A stretch of DNA of 64,000 nucleotides. Source: Phaeosaccion multiseriatum (taxonomy: Eukaryota; Protista; Ochrophyta, other classes). The notes under the pieces were generated by a model, which saw only the letters and a list, made by a program, of their open reading frames with translations, was not told the origin of the DNA and made no database searches. The stretch spans positions 806,001 through 870,000 of the forward strand of contig OZ218964.1 of the NCBI GenBank assembly GCA_965112735.1. The letters are read 5' to 3'. Shown piece by piece: positions 11,206-23,261 of this stretch. The stretch's first letter is position 1. Each line of letters begins with the position of its first letter. The translations under genes and the position numbers were made by a program.

Positions 11206-12936
11206 TCAGCCTTCTGCACCTCCTCCTCCTCCTTTTCCTCCCCCCCCTGCTGCTGGATGCTCACACACTGCTCTTGCTGCCGCTGCCGCCGCCGCCGCCG
11301 CCGTAGTGGCAGATGGCCCCCTAGGCGCTTCGCCTCCTCCCCATTCCCTCGCCGGCTCCTTCTGGTACGTCTCTTTGTCGCCGTACACCACGCCCTTGGG
11401 TCTGCGCGCTAGTCTCGCTGCCCGTATGGCTTCGTCGACGGCGGATTTGTCGATGAACACGCCCCGCGCCCTCTTGTGGCGGCGCTTCTGAAATACTGGT
11501 CTCAAAAGCAAGCAAGAAGAAGAAGAGCAAGCCGAAGAAGACAAAAAAACAAGAACAAAGGAGAGGTTGTCCCGTCAACGTAGGTGGAGAAGAGAGATTA
11601 GAGAGCACGAGAAGAGAGAGAGAAGAAGAAGAAGAAGCCGCCTCACACATCCGCACACAGAGGACGAGAGCCGCAGGCTGTCGGTCGGTCAGTCAGTCAG
11701 TCAGTCAGCCAGTCATTCTGTCTGTCTTGCATGGCTGTCTATCTATCCGTTGATCTCTCTCACGCTACACACTTGCGTGGTACTCATTCTCACCGCATTT
11801 GTCATCCACGAATATGTCAAAGACATGTGCGTCAGGCCTGCTGTCGGGGCTGACTTCCAGAATGGAGCGCTGAATGATCACGTCTGGGTGGGCCCCCTTA
11901 GTGGTCACAAAAAGGAGGGCAAAATGGTGAGCAATATGTCAGCAGGGAGGGGAGGGGTAAGCGGAAAGCGGGTTGGTGGGTTGGTGGTCGCCAAGCGCGG
12001 TGCTCGGAGGGCGGTCACCTTGATGATCTTGGCCGCAGCTTGACAGATCTGAATACGAACACAGAAAGAAAGGAGGGGAAGATAGTAACGTGGCTATGAG
12101 CAGGGAGAAACGCTTTGTTCGAGAAGGGGACACAATTGGTGGGGTTAGTGGTCACCAAGTGTAGTGCTCCTGGGAGAATGGAAGAGGGAACCAAGTCATC
12201 AAGACTGAACTCAACCCTTCCCGTGGATCACTCGCATTCCCACCTCTTTGTATCCCGCCCCGCCGGTGTACCTGTGGGCGTAGAGAAAGGGAAGGCAAGG
12301 TGAGTGCGTGTGTGTGAGAGAGAGAGAGAGATCGAGAACTTGTGATACTTACTCGATGGTCACCTTCACTCTTTTCTCCTGCATTGAGAGGTACTTCTTG
12401 AGGGTCATGGGCGGAGAGAAGCGAAAGGGTGGGGCTCCCATCTTGTCCGTAGACGCTTCATTCACGTACGCAAGCAGGGACACACAGCGGGCAAAAAACG
12501 CACAAACACACACACACACACACACAGAACGTGATGAGAACGAGAAAAGATATGCTTCGTTCGCACACACAGCAAAGAGAGGGACAACACGCGGGCAACA
12601 TAAGGGATGAGAACGGAACTACCCGTTTAATCTACACATTTAGTCCAAGAGCCTTCCAAAGGCGACAAAAGCCTCACCGTCAAAAAGCTCTACCAGCGGA
12701 ACAGGCGGAGGGTCTGAAAGACCACAGCGGTCTACGCCAGAGACTTCGTCTCTGTGTCTCTCATCCGCCTTCCCCTTTCCCCATGACCAAGGCATCCTTC
12801 TTTTCTTCGTCGCCGCCTCGCCAGCTGTTCGGCATCGAGCAAGCCGATGTGGACGAGCCCCTCCCCCCGTGAAGCTCAGAGCGGGCACGTAGGCGGCTAG
12901 GAGGCCGGCTGTAATCAGGCAGCATGAGGCTTTCAT
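11206..12936 (-). CDS. Rdx (SelW/SelT/SelH)-like thioredoxin-fold protein without CxxU/C, probably plastid-targeted; 6 exons
   Basis: Exons 12936-12678, 12455-12353, ~12271-12244, ~12048-12019, ~11896-11794, ~11495-11206 give MQEKRVKVTIEYTGGAGYKE-ICQAAAKIIK-GAHPDVIIQRSIL...FDIFVDDKC-VFQK; signal peptide ending ALS-F. Confidence 0.6.
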
Positions 12937-13343
12937 ATTCCCTTTGAGGAGAGAGAGAGACAGACGGGAAGGGGCCGGACTACTGTATACGGCGGCAAGT
13001 CCACACCTGACGTCTCAGTTTCAGTGTCCCCACCCCCCGCAAAAAAAAAAAAAGGAGGAGGATTGCGGTGCCCTATACCTCCCTCCACACAGCGGCGGGA
13101 TAGGCCCGCCGCGGATCTCTGGGGCTAAGGAACTCCGTGCTTGTGGGGCGAGCACAACGGGCCTTGCTGTGTGCCTAGGAGAGGAGGGGGGCGCGGGGCC
13201 ACTGGGCGAAAAAGTCAGTTGGCAAATGGCGGGAAGCGACGCAAGCCTACAGCCAGGACCTGTCGAGAGACAAGGGCAAGGGGGAAAGATCCTCTCCTGT
13301 GCGAGGTGTGCCACTACCAGCTGTTAAGGGGAAGAGGTGAGAG

Positions 13344-15008
13344 ATGCCAGTCAAGGATCAGTACGAGCACGGACCGGAGCACCAGCAGAAACTGCCTCGG
13401 CTTGAGCATGAGCAGCAGCTGCAGCAGCCGCAGTCACCCCCTCTGCTGAGCACTCCGAGGAGGACACCATCATCCAGCGGAAGAGCTTTTGCGGTCTGGG
13501 GGCAGCACGGCGATCCCGTGGGCGGCATGCTTCCCACCTTTGCCCAACGTGGCGGCGACCAGCGGGCAAGGGAGACCACGTACACGCAGTTTCTCTCCCC
13601 CTTTAGTACGTCTCCCATCCGCGGGCCCACGTGCCGTCCTGGCAGCGGCGCTAGAGGAGTGGAGAACCAGAATGTCCTGCCCGGACCCGGGACTGAAGAG
13701 GCGGCCTTGAGGTGCTTGCCGAGTACCTGTGGTCCGTTGCCGCAGGCGGCGGGGGGGGAGATGCATGACCAGGGAGGACGGGCGGCCCGACTACCGGCGC
13801 TCACCCCTCCCAGGCACTCAACACGTGTGCCTCAGCAGGCCTTCCACCACCACCACCACCACCAGCGGCAGCAGCAGCTGGTACAGCCTCACTTCGTCAC
13901 GCCGCCAGGGGGGGTGCTCAAACACGCAGCCGATCACTGGCGGCAGCAGCAAGAGCAGCAGCTGGAGAGTGTGGGTCTTCCCGAGGATCGGGAGGGCTTT
14001 CGTCAGCCTAACCCTGGAGCACAAGAGGCGACGATCGAGGGGTTGGACAGGATGCGATCAGACGCGGTGTTTCTTGCCCATGGACTTCACTCTTCTTCCA
14101 ATAATGCCATGTACAGGGGCGAGGAGAGGAGCCGTGGAGGAGGAGGAGGAGGAGAGGGGGGGAGACTCGGCCATGGAAAGGGACGCGGTCAGTACGTGGA
14201 GGTCTCTCCCGTGCTCAGCCTCGCCGGTTCGAGGGGCTTGAGGGGCGGAGAGCGGCGGAGGCATGGCGCTGGGAAGGGCGTGGGTCTTGAGGTATCGCCC
14301 ATCGTCAAGGCCGCCAAGAGAAAGGAAATGTCGCCCGTGCCAATTCACCCACCGATGGATGACGGTAAGCAGGCGTGTGTTACTATTTGTTCCTTTCGCT
14401 CACTCTTTCTCTCCTCCCCCCCTCCCTCTCTCTCTCTGGCGCGCTCTCTCTCTTGCTAGCCTAATGCCCTTTTCTTTCCTCCTTCCTCTTGGGTCTGTGG
14501 TTATCCCACGTTCCCTATCCCTGGACCTTTCCATCCCTCAGGCTCCAGTCCGCGCCCCCTCCGCCGCTGCCAAAGCATCCTAGCGGGCAAGAGGAAAGAG
14601 CCAGCGCAGGGACGCCTCGTGCGGCGGAGCAGAGTCACCAAACGTAAGATCCGAATCTCGCCAGGAAAGATCACGCCGCTCCCAGCCTTCCCAGAGGAGG
14701 AGGAGGCGGGGGAAAGCACCGAGGATGACCGAGGAGACGACGATGGCAAAGAGGACGAGGAGCGGGGGGAGATGGAGGAGGAGGAGGAGGAGGAGGAGGA
14801 GGAGGAGGAGGAGGAGATGGAGCACCACCCCGCACAGCCGAGAGAGGAGGAGGAGCGCTTGCTGGAGTTTTATTCCTCCATCTATCTCCGGACCGGGGTG
14901 GATCTTTCTCCCGGGGTGGGATTGGAGCATTCGCCCGGGGTGGAGCATTCTCCGGGTGCGCTCCCACCGGGGAAGCGGTGCAAGCTTACGAGGTCTATGA
15001 CGCTTTGA
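13344..15008 (+). CDS. Hypothetical disordered S/T-P-rich protein; exons 13344-14364, 14542-15008
   Basis: 371-aa ORF from ATG, GT..AG intron keeps frame into ORF 14619..15008; many SP/TP motifs; no recognisable domain. Confidence 0.5.
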
Positions 15009-15554
15009 CGTGCGGCCCAAAGGGATGGGGGGAAAGGAAGGCTGGGAGGGGAGAGGGCAGGGGAGAAGAGGATGACGGAGCAGGAGAACGAGCGAGGGTA
15101 GGAAGCGCGGCTCTTAAGTGGGCCGCGCTTTGGGCAGAGCGTGAGACGACTGAGTGCGTCGGAGAGTCAACCGATGCGGCGTTCCCAGGTGGTGCGCTGG
15201 ACACAAGTAAAGGATTAATAAACCTCCAATGAGGATGTTTTATGTAGACCTTTTAAAATATATCTGCACTACGCTACGCTACATGGGCATCCGCTACTGC
15301 TATACGCTACCGGGTGGCCAAGAAATAATGTGAATGTACATACGACCTTCTCACTGAGACTCTTCAGAGGTCTCACGCCGTCTCCAATGGACGTGCCATT
15401 GTCATATATCTACTTCCAATACTACGAATATTTCTCAGTACGGATATTCTACAAGCAATACAAGTATGTACTGTACAAGTACCTCAATAACGTTATCCAG
15501 GCTCTTCGTTCGTCTTTACCCCTCCACAGCCTTGCTCCTTGCTTTGCTCAGCTG

Positions 15555-15908
15555 CTATGCCACGCGTAGCGCGTGGTGGGTCTGAACCGGTGATCGTGGA
15601 GAAGGCGGGGGGCTGAGGGGGTCGGTGTCGGCCCGCTCACGTCTACGTTCCTCCTCGAGCTGCTCCTCCTTGCCCGTTCCGCACGAACAATCCACCTCCA
15701 TCTCCTCCTCCACGCCCTCCGGGATGACCGCCAAGCTTGATATAGAGCGGTAGAGGACGCTCCCGTCCGGGGCCACCCGATGAGCCCACTGCTCGACAGA
15801 AGGCGCTGGAGTCCTCTTACACCTTGCCATTTGTAGTTTGAAGTGATTCCACCCCATCAGTCCAAGGCTTGCGGCCAAGCACATCGTAGCCGCAACGGGC
15901 TCAGGCAT
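15555..15908 (-). CDS. Small hypothetical protein with N-terminal hydrophobic segment
   Basis: 117-aa ATG ORF with coding-like composition; no family recognised. Confidence 0.4.
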   Translation of the reverse strand: MPEPVAATMCLAASLGLMGWNHFKLQMARCKRTPAPSVEQWAHRVAPDGSVLYRSISSLAVIPEGVEEEMEVDCSCGTGKEEQLEEERRRERADTDPLSPPPSPRSPVQTHHALRVA

Positions 15909-16358
15909 TAGCTCTGCCTCCCTTGCAGATGTACGTGCCCCTCCTGCACCACAGCTCCGCCCCCTTGCCCGCCCTTTCTATTGACTTCTGTTAGAAAGCG
16001 ACAAGATGGGTGCCGTGACTGCGAAAAGGCTGTGCAGTGACAACAGCAGGCTACCTACCCAGCGCAGAGTAGCAGAAAACTAATGTGGTGAGATGAAGGA
16101 AAGTCGTCACAGCTAAGAAAGGAGGGCTGTAGAGGGTTGGAGGTGCATTTTTTTGCCCCTTTGCTTTATCTTTCTGGCCTTCGGGAGCTTAGCGCTCTCT
16201 CACCAAATTTGAACTCACATCGTCACACGCGCACCATTAAGTCACTTATTTCCCTTCCCCGTAACCCCGCGCTTGGAATCCGACATGTGATTTACCCCCA
16301 CGCATCAGTCCATACGCATATGGGAGACGTGGTTATTTTCTTAACTCCGTCGTATCCT

Positions 16359-16632
16359 CTTCCTGCACCCTCGTCTCCGGCCCATAGTCCTTTCTATTCC
16401 CACGTAGCCGCTCCTCCGCAGTAAAAAATAAAAGGGTGTTGCTTGGCACGCTCTTCCGCCCAGGGGGGGGGGAGGCGGCACACTAAGCAACTTCCTGCAC
16501 CCTCGTCTCCGGCCCTTAAGTCTTTTCTATTCCCACGTAGCCGCTCCTCCGCAATAAAAGATAAAAAGGCTGTTGCTTAGCACGCTCGTCCACCCAGGGG
16601 GGGGGGGGGGCGGCACACACTAAGCAGTGGCA
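16359..16632 (+). repeat. Diverged tandem duplicate of a ~132-bp non-coding unit with a conserved hairpin
   Basis: CTTCCTGCACCCTCGTCTCCGGCCC...CACTAAGCA at ~16359 and 16491. Confidence 0.9.
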
Positions 16633-16654
16633 CGTCACCTCTGAGGAGCAGATA

Positions 16655-18406
16655 CTAACATGGAGCAGCGCTGCTGCTGGTGCTATTACTACTGTTGCTG
16701 CGGTCGAGGCGCTCCACCACCCACGCGGGCAAGGACGAGAGCTGCTTCTCAGCCGCAGATACGCACAGCAGCCCTACCTCGCAGTGCGCCAACAGCACCT
16801 CCTCCTCTTCCTCTTCACCCTCCTCGCCCTCCTCGCCGCGGCTGCTGCTGGTGCCCCACAGGCTCTGGAAGCAGGAGATGTTGACGCGCCCGGCCTTGAA
16901 GGCAGACTTGACCGTCAGCTTCCCCATGGCACCCCCAATGGAGGTGGCGTCTACTCTGAGGTTTGTGATTTTCGCCACCACCAGGCTTACTTGGTCTTGC
17001 TCAAAGAGACGCTTCAGGCCCTCCGCAGGGGTGCCCAGCGACAAGGTCCGGACTCTCTCAAAGTAGCTCAGCACCGAGTGGGCGAGGATGCGCCCGTCGC
17101 TGTCCATTTCGTCGTGAAACACAGTCACATCGTGCAACACAGACTCCTGAAGGTACGAGGCGCTCAGCAGCCCCTGCTCTGTCACACCTGAGTCCACCTT
17201 GCTTCCTCCTGAGTCCACCTTGCTTCCTCCTCCTCCTCCTCCTCCTCCTCCTCCTCCTCCTCCTCCTCCTCCTTCTTCTTCTTCTTGAGCGCGTGACAAG
17301 ACATCAGAGGGCAGGGGCTCACCGCCGAAGGACACGTAGACAAGGGCGCTGATAAACACCTCCGCAGCTGGGGGGGGTGCCTCCTCTTCTCCTCCTTCTC
17401 CTCCTTCTCCTCCGGGGGGGGAGGCAGCGGCCTTGCGGCGGATAACCACTTCCCACTGGGAGCAGTGCTGCTCGGGGAGGATGTGCAGCAGCTTGCCGCA
17501 CACCTCAATCTCCTCTCCCAGCCTGAGGAAGCACAGGGGAAGAGTCGCGGGGAGGGAGCGCTGGGGTGGGGGGGCAGGTATGCAAGAGGGGGGTGTGCCC
17601 GAGTAGTTTGCGCGGGTGGAGGGCGCCATTTCTTCCTGCACTCGCCCGCCCCAGCTTTCTCTCCAGCAGCTCTTCTTGCGTGTGCATTCCTCTTCTTACG
17701 TTGCTGCTTGTCGAAACTTCATATTGTCGACGGCGTACAGCGTGATGGGACCTGCGTGAGCAACACACCACAAGGAGACACAAGCAGAGCAGAGCATCGG
17801 CATGGGGGAGGGGGGGGAGATTCAGACGAGGACCGCGAGGACCCTCTGCACAGCCCGTCTCTGCATGGTGGATGGATGGCTTCACTGCCCACCTCTGCAC
17901 AGAGAGCGAGAGAACGGTTCCTCACGTGGGCGCTGCTCACCGTTTCCGAAGCCCCAGAACACCTCCATAGCCCTCTTGATGAACTTGAGGTAGTTGGCGT
18001 GGTACACGATCCCGTACATATCTACACACACGCACAAGGCAGCCGTTTTGTTGGGCGTTCGACAAAGGAAGGATAGGAGCGAGCACATGGAAAAAGAAAA
18101 AAAAACTGTCCCTGCTCCCGCACCTGTATCTTCGATGAAGACCATCTTTGACACTGCAAAGGAAGGTGGTGTCTCTAGTTTCATTGTGGGCGCTTCTCCC
18201 CCCGCGTGTGCCTGGCTCCCAACTCTCGTCCTCCTCCCAGTTGTTCTGCCGTTGTCTATGGTCATGCTCTTCCGTAGCTGCCCACTCAACCCTCTCTCAG
18301 CCCCCCGTCCAGTGCTGCCGAGACCGAGACCAACAAGAAAGGCATCACAGACTTGTAGAATGGAAAGCAGCGTCAGCAGCAGCACCACCACGTGGTGCTG
18401 CTGCAT
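16655..18406 (-). CDS. Plastid-targeted double hot-dog-fold acyl-CoA/acyl-ACP thioesterase (4HBT/YbgC-like); exons 18406-18124, 18021-17893, 17751-17700, 17522-16655
   Basis: VFIEDT|DMYGIVYHANYLKFIKRA is the YbgC DTD..GVVYHANYL.F.ERAR motif; MKFRQAATLGEEI; second domain VFHDEMDSDGRILAHSVLSYFERVR; signal peptide ending CDA-FL. Confidence 0.85.
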
Positions 18407-18887
18407 CTTTTGAGTCTCACCCAACGTAGGAAGGCCCAGCCCTATAGGGAGAAGGGAACGAGAGTGAGCAAGAAGGCTTCTTCCCCTCAAGGAAAAGAGG
18501 GGGCGAGACAAGCACAGTAAAAGAGATAAGCTTGGAGGGAAGGAGGGGAAGAGAGAGAGAGCGCAAGTGAGAGGGGAAGTAAAACGCGGATGAGGTATAA
18601 AATGATCGAACGGGGGTACTTCGGGCGTTGGTTGTCGAATTCACAGAACGCGGAAATGATGGGGTGATGACCAAACATGGGGGAGAGGGGAAGACAGAAG
18701 AGGACATCATACGTACCACTCTATCAGAGGAACGAGTAGCCAGCGGGCGGACAGGAGGAGAAGAAAAAGTAGCAGCAGCAGACACAAAAGACCAAAAGAT
18801 TGTGAGTAGCAGATTCTGTAACGGCACAACCACGCCGGACTGGAAGAAAGCAGCAGCAGAAGAAAAAGGATAAGCATAAAGATAAGC

Positions 18888-18938
<51 letters not shown>

Positions 18939-19102
18939 GGGAGAAACAGCAACAGGAAGGAGGAGGAGAAAAAGCTCATCAGATCCTTTCGCTACAACTA
19001 TTGGTGGGGAGAGTACCGAATGTGTATGACAGAGGCCTTGCCCGATGAGGTACGGTCGGAGGGAGAGGCTTAATTGAGAGGGGGGGAAGGAGAGGGTGGG
19101 GC

Positions 19103-19882
19103 ATGTCGTTCGTGCGCAGCTCGATCAAGGCGGTCGGGACCTCTTCCAACAGCAGGAGGAGACCTAGCCGAGATGGAGTTCAGCAGCAGCAAGTCCAACA
19201 ACAGGGGACACACATCCCACGACTAGTTGATGGAGGACGCCCTGTTCTCCCCAGCGTCGGAAGCCTTAAGAGCAGTGTCAGCGGCTTCGGAAGGAGGTCC
19301 CTGACTTCCTCCTCGTCGGCACCAGCCCCACGGAGATGTAGTCAGCAACAGGACGAGGCAGCAAGTCAGCAACAGCCACAGGATGACCGAGACCTGCTCC
19401 GCGCTGCCACAAGCAGCAACAGTAGTACAAGTGGCAGTAGCAGCGGTAGTAGCAGCGGTCAAGTCCGAGCAAGTAGGGACAGCCGAGGGAGGAAGAGCAC
19501 AGTCGCCACCCCTCCTAGTGGGGCAAGAAGAGGGAGCTCTGCCACTGCTCGACCGGGCCGCTCCAGCGGTAGCGTGAGTAAGCTTCGAAGCCTTCGCCGA
19601 CTTCCTTCCACATCTTCACCATCCTCTTCGTCTTCTTCCTCCTCCTCCATGCAGTCGACGCCGCAACAGCAGCAGCATCAGCCCTCAAATTTCTCATCAT
19701 CAGTAGGCAGGACAGCATCAGCCACAGACACTCCCTCCTCGTCACCCCCCAGCACACGCACGAGAACACCTTCGGCCGCTCGGACATCTTGTGGGGGAGG
19801 CGCAGCAGAGCTCTCCGCCCCCTCTTGCAGCGTAGGCGGCGAGGGAGGTACATTCAGCAGCAGCTTAAGCGGCAGCAGTAGT

Positions 19883-19914
<32 letters not shown>

Positions 19915-20212
19915 CAGGGGGAGAAGCGCCAAACCGGCACCGCAACTGAGGATGGAAGACCTCAATTTAGAGGCCCACTCGAAAGGGCTGGTCACGGGCC
20001 TTTTGCGAGCGGCCGCTGCCTCCGGTAGCAGTAGCAAGTGCCTCGGTCTGGTGGGCTTGAACAACTTGGGCAATACGTGCTTCATGAACTCCGCTCTGCA
20101 GTGCCTTATAGCCACCAACCTGCTCAGCACCTTCTTCCTGACTAAGCAGCACGAGGTGAGGAGGGTCGCTACAAGCCTTGTACTTGGTTGCGGGGAAGGG
20201 AGAGAGATGAGA

Positions 20213-20303
<91 letters not shown>

Positions 20304-22654
20304 GGGACTTGCTCTTCTTCCTATCACCCTCCAGCACCTCTTCGCCTTGGCTTGTCCATCGTTGATCGACATGTGCGTGCTTATCTTGTCCTCGCGCCTC
20401 TTGGTTGGTTCGTCCTCCCCCCCCGCCCCCCGCCGTACCCAATCAACCCACCGACCCTCCCTCCCTCCCTCCCATCCTCCCCAACAGCCTATGCTGTGCA
20501 GCAGCAGCCCCTCGAAGGGCCACCTAGCCGAGGCCTTTGGATGCCTCCTGACGAAGATGGCAGCAGAAGCAAGCCACTCGTCCGTGTCCCCCAGCAACGT
20601 GAAACGCCTTGTGGCCCGCCTTGCCCCTCACTTCAGCGGCTACCAGCAGCACGACTCGCAAGAGTTCCTGCGCTATCTCCTGGACGGGTTGGGCGAGGAT
20701 CTCAACAGAGGAGGCAGCAGCACAAAAGTGGGTGCGAGGGCTGGTAGTAGTTGCACGGGAGGAAGTGTCGGCGGGGGGGGGGCGGGGGACAATAGTAGCA
20801 ACAGCAGCAGTGGTCGAGGAGGCAGCGGCGGAGGGGGTCGTGAAGTGTCGGTGAAGCAGAGAAGACTCTCTGAGGCGGAACTGGAGAGGCTGAAACCGTC
20901 AGAGCAGGCCGAGGTGAGTCTATAACACAGGCAGGGAGCTCGCTGTCTCTCGCTCTTTCTCTTTCTCTCTCGTTTCTCTGTCTTTCCTTCTCCCTCCATC
21001 TCGATTTCGATTTTTCTCGCCTTTCTCGTTTCTGTCTCTCTCGTGCCTCTCTCGCCTGTCTCTCATCTCTCTCACTCATCTCTTTCCTTCTCAACTCCCT
21101 CTCCTCTCTCCTCTCTCCCTCCCCCCTCCAGTACATTTGGTCGCAACACCTACTGCGCAACGACAGCGTAGTGTCATCCCTCTTCTATGGACAGCTGCGC
21201 AGTCGAGTGCGCTGCTGCACGTGTGAGCTTGAGTCCTTCTGTCACGACCCCTTCGTTGACTTGAGCGTACCCTTGCCGAAAAGCAGTCAGGTGTGTGAGT
21301 GTGGCAGCGGCTTGGGAGGAGCGAAATGCACCCCCAAACCTCCTGTTGGCCCAACCCCTGAATCTCCCCTGGGGGGTGGAACAAAAGGGCTCTGATTCTC
21401 GTTTGCTCTCGTTCGTGTGTGCGTGCGCGCGCATGCGAGTGTGCGAGAGTGGGAGTTTGCGCTTTGCCTAAGGTCCTGGGGAATGAATGACCACTCTCAC
21501 TGAACTCGCCTCTAAGCTCCACTCTTGACTTGTTGACTTACTGGCCACGACAGGGGCGCCCCTCACTCGGCGGTTCCCAGGGAGGGGTGGATGTTACGGA
21601 TTGCCTGCGGTCGTTCTGCAAGGAAGAGACACTCGACGGCGAGGAAAGGTGGGTCTATCAATGAGTCTATCGGCCTACCAGTCTATCAATTTGCCAGTCT
21701 AGCGGTCTACCGGTCTACCGGTCTATCGGTCTTCCGGCTTCTGTCCGTCTGTCGATCTATCGCACCGGGGAAAAGAAATCCCCTCCCTCCCTCATGCCCA
21801 GCACTCCAACTCGACCTCAGCCCCTCATTTCTGGCTTTGTCGGTCCTGCACGAACCTGACCTGCATCACCAACTGCTCCACCTGCTGCTGTATCACCAAC
21901 TGCTCCAACTCTCACCTCACAGATACATGTGCAGCAAGTGCAAGAAGCGGCGCAAGAGCCGCAAGCAGCTGGGCGTGTACCGCTTCCCCTCGCACCTCGT
22001 CATCCATCTCAAGCGCTTCCAGTATACGGAGCTCAGCCGCGACAAACTCACCACCAACATCTCCTTCCCTGTGCAAGGCTTAGGTGAGTGCCAGCTGTGG
22101 AGCTAAGTGCTGTGAAGGAGTGTGACCGCCTTGATGGCTTGCGTTGCTTGCTCTGCCTTGCTGTCTGACTTTGCCGCGCGGCTTTGACCCTAGGGACCCC
22201 CCCCCCTTCCGACCTCTCCCTCCCCCCCCCCTCCCCTCCCTCGCTCCCTTGCTTGTCACTCACAGACATGCGGCCGTACGCATGTGACAGTTACACTTCC
22301 TTCCAACAACTGCCCCCCATCTATGACCTATACGCTGTGTCCAATCACATCGGAGGTCTCAACGGCGGTCACTACACCGCACACTGCCTCAACGCCGCAG
22401 ACGGAAGGTCAGTGCTGTGGTGTATCAGCGACTTGATTTAAGGACTGATGCAGCTTCGTGGTTCAGGGGGCGTGCTTACTGAATGGAGACTGACCCATCC
22501 ACATCCACTTCCCTCCCTCCCTCCCTCCCTCCCTCCCTTTGACGTCAGGTGGTACACACACGACGACGACACTACGTCACCCATCGACGCTTCCCTCCTG
22601 TGCAGCGCCTCCGCCTATGTGCTCTTCTATCGCCTCCGAGGCATGAGGGCATGA
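19103..22654 (+). CDS. Ubiquitin-specific protease (peptidase C19, USP2/21-like), ~7 exons
   Basis: Cys box GLNNLGNTCFMNSALQCL, QQHDSQEFL, LFYGQLRSRVRC, LVIHLKRF, His box YDLYAVSNHIGGLNGGHYTA, WYTHDD, AYVLFY. Confidence 0.95.
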
Positions 22655-23074
22655 GGGCATGAGGGCCTGAGGGCCTCACCCTCCAGGCAGTGAGGAGGGC
22701 TTGGGCACTGTCTCCTATACGTACTCCTTGGCAGTGTCTCTCATCCATTGGTGAGTAGGGGCTTATCCTCAGGGCCTCTGCTGTGCCGTCCTCCCTCGGC
22801 AGTCGCAAGTCAAGTGCCTTCTTGACGGCACTTGCTAGCGGCGTTCATCCAAGGCCGGGAAGGGGGGGGGAGGGGATGCGATGGCAGCGGATGATCGTGT
22901 GATGTCACATGAAAGATGGGATGGCAGCAGACGGCAACGGAGAGGCAGCAGCTCTTCCTGGAAGGCTTGGAGAGAGAGCGGATCGGATTTGGGCCTCACC
23001 CCCCCCTTTGCCGCCATTGGGGCAAGCACACATACACACACAGGGAGTGTGTGTGAGAGAGAGAGAGAGTACAA

Positions 23075-23116
<42 letters not shown>

Positions 23117-23261
23117 CACAAACAAAGACATAAAAGACGATAAAGGGCTAAGGGACAAAGCGTGGCTCCCACCTGGAGCAACTGTAACGCGAATATATGA
23201 AGAATTATGTAAGAATTATGTAACCCTCCCAAAGCCTTGGTCATCTCGAAAACAACATGAC

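Noticed and set aside
15235-15500. AT-rich patch with a Tyr-rich ORF (also 52440-52480 and 61620-61900)
   Set aside because: Falls between convergent genes, consistent with terminator/UTR composition; no TE or foreign-gene signature
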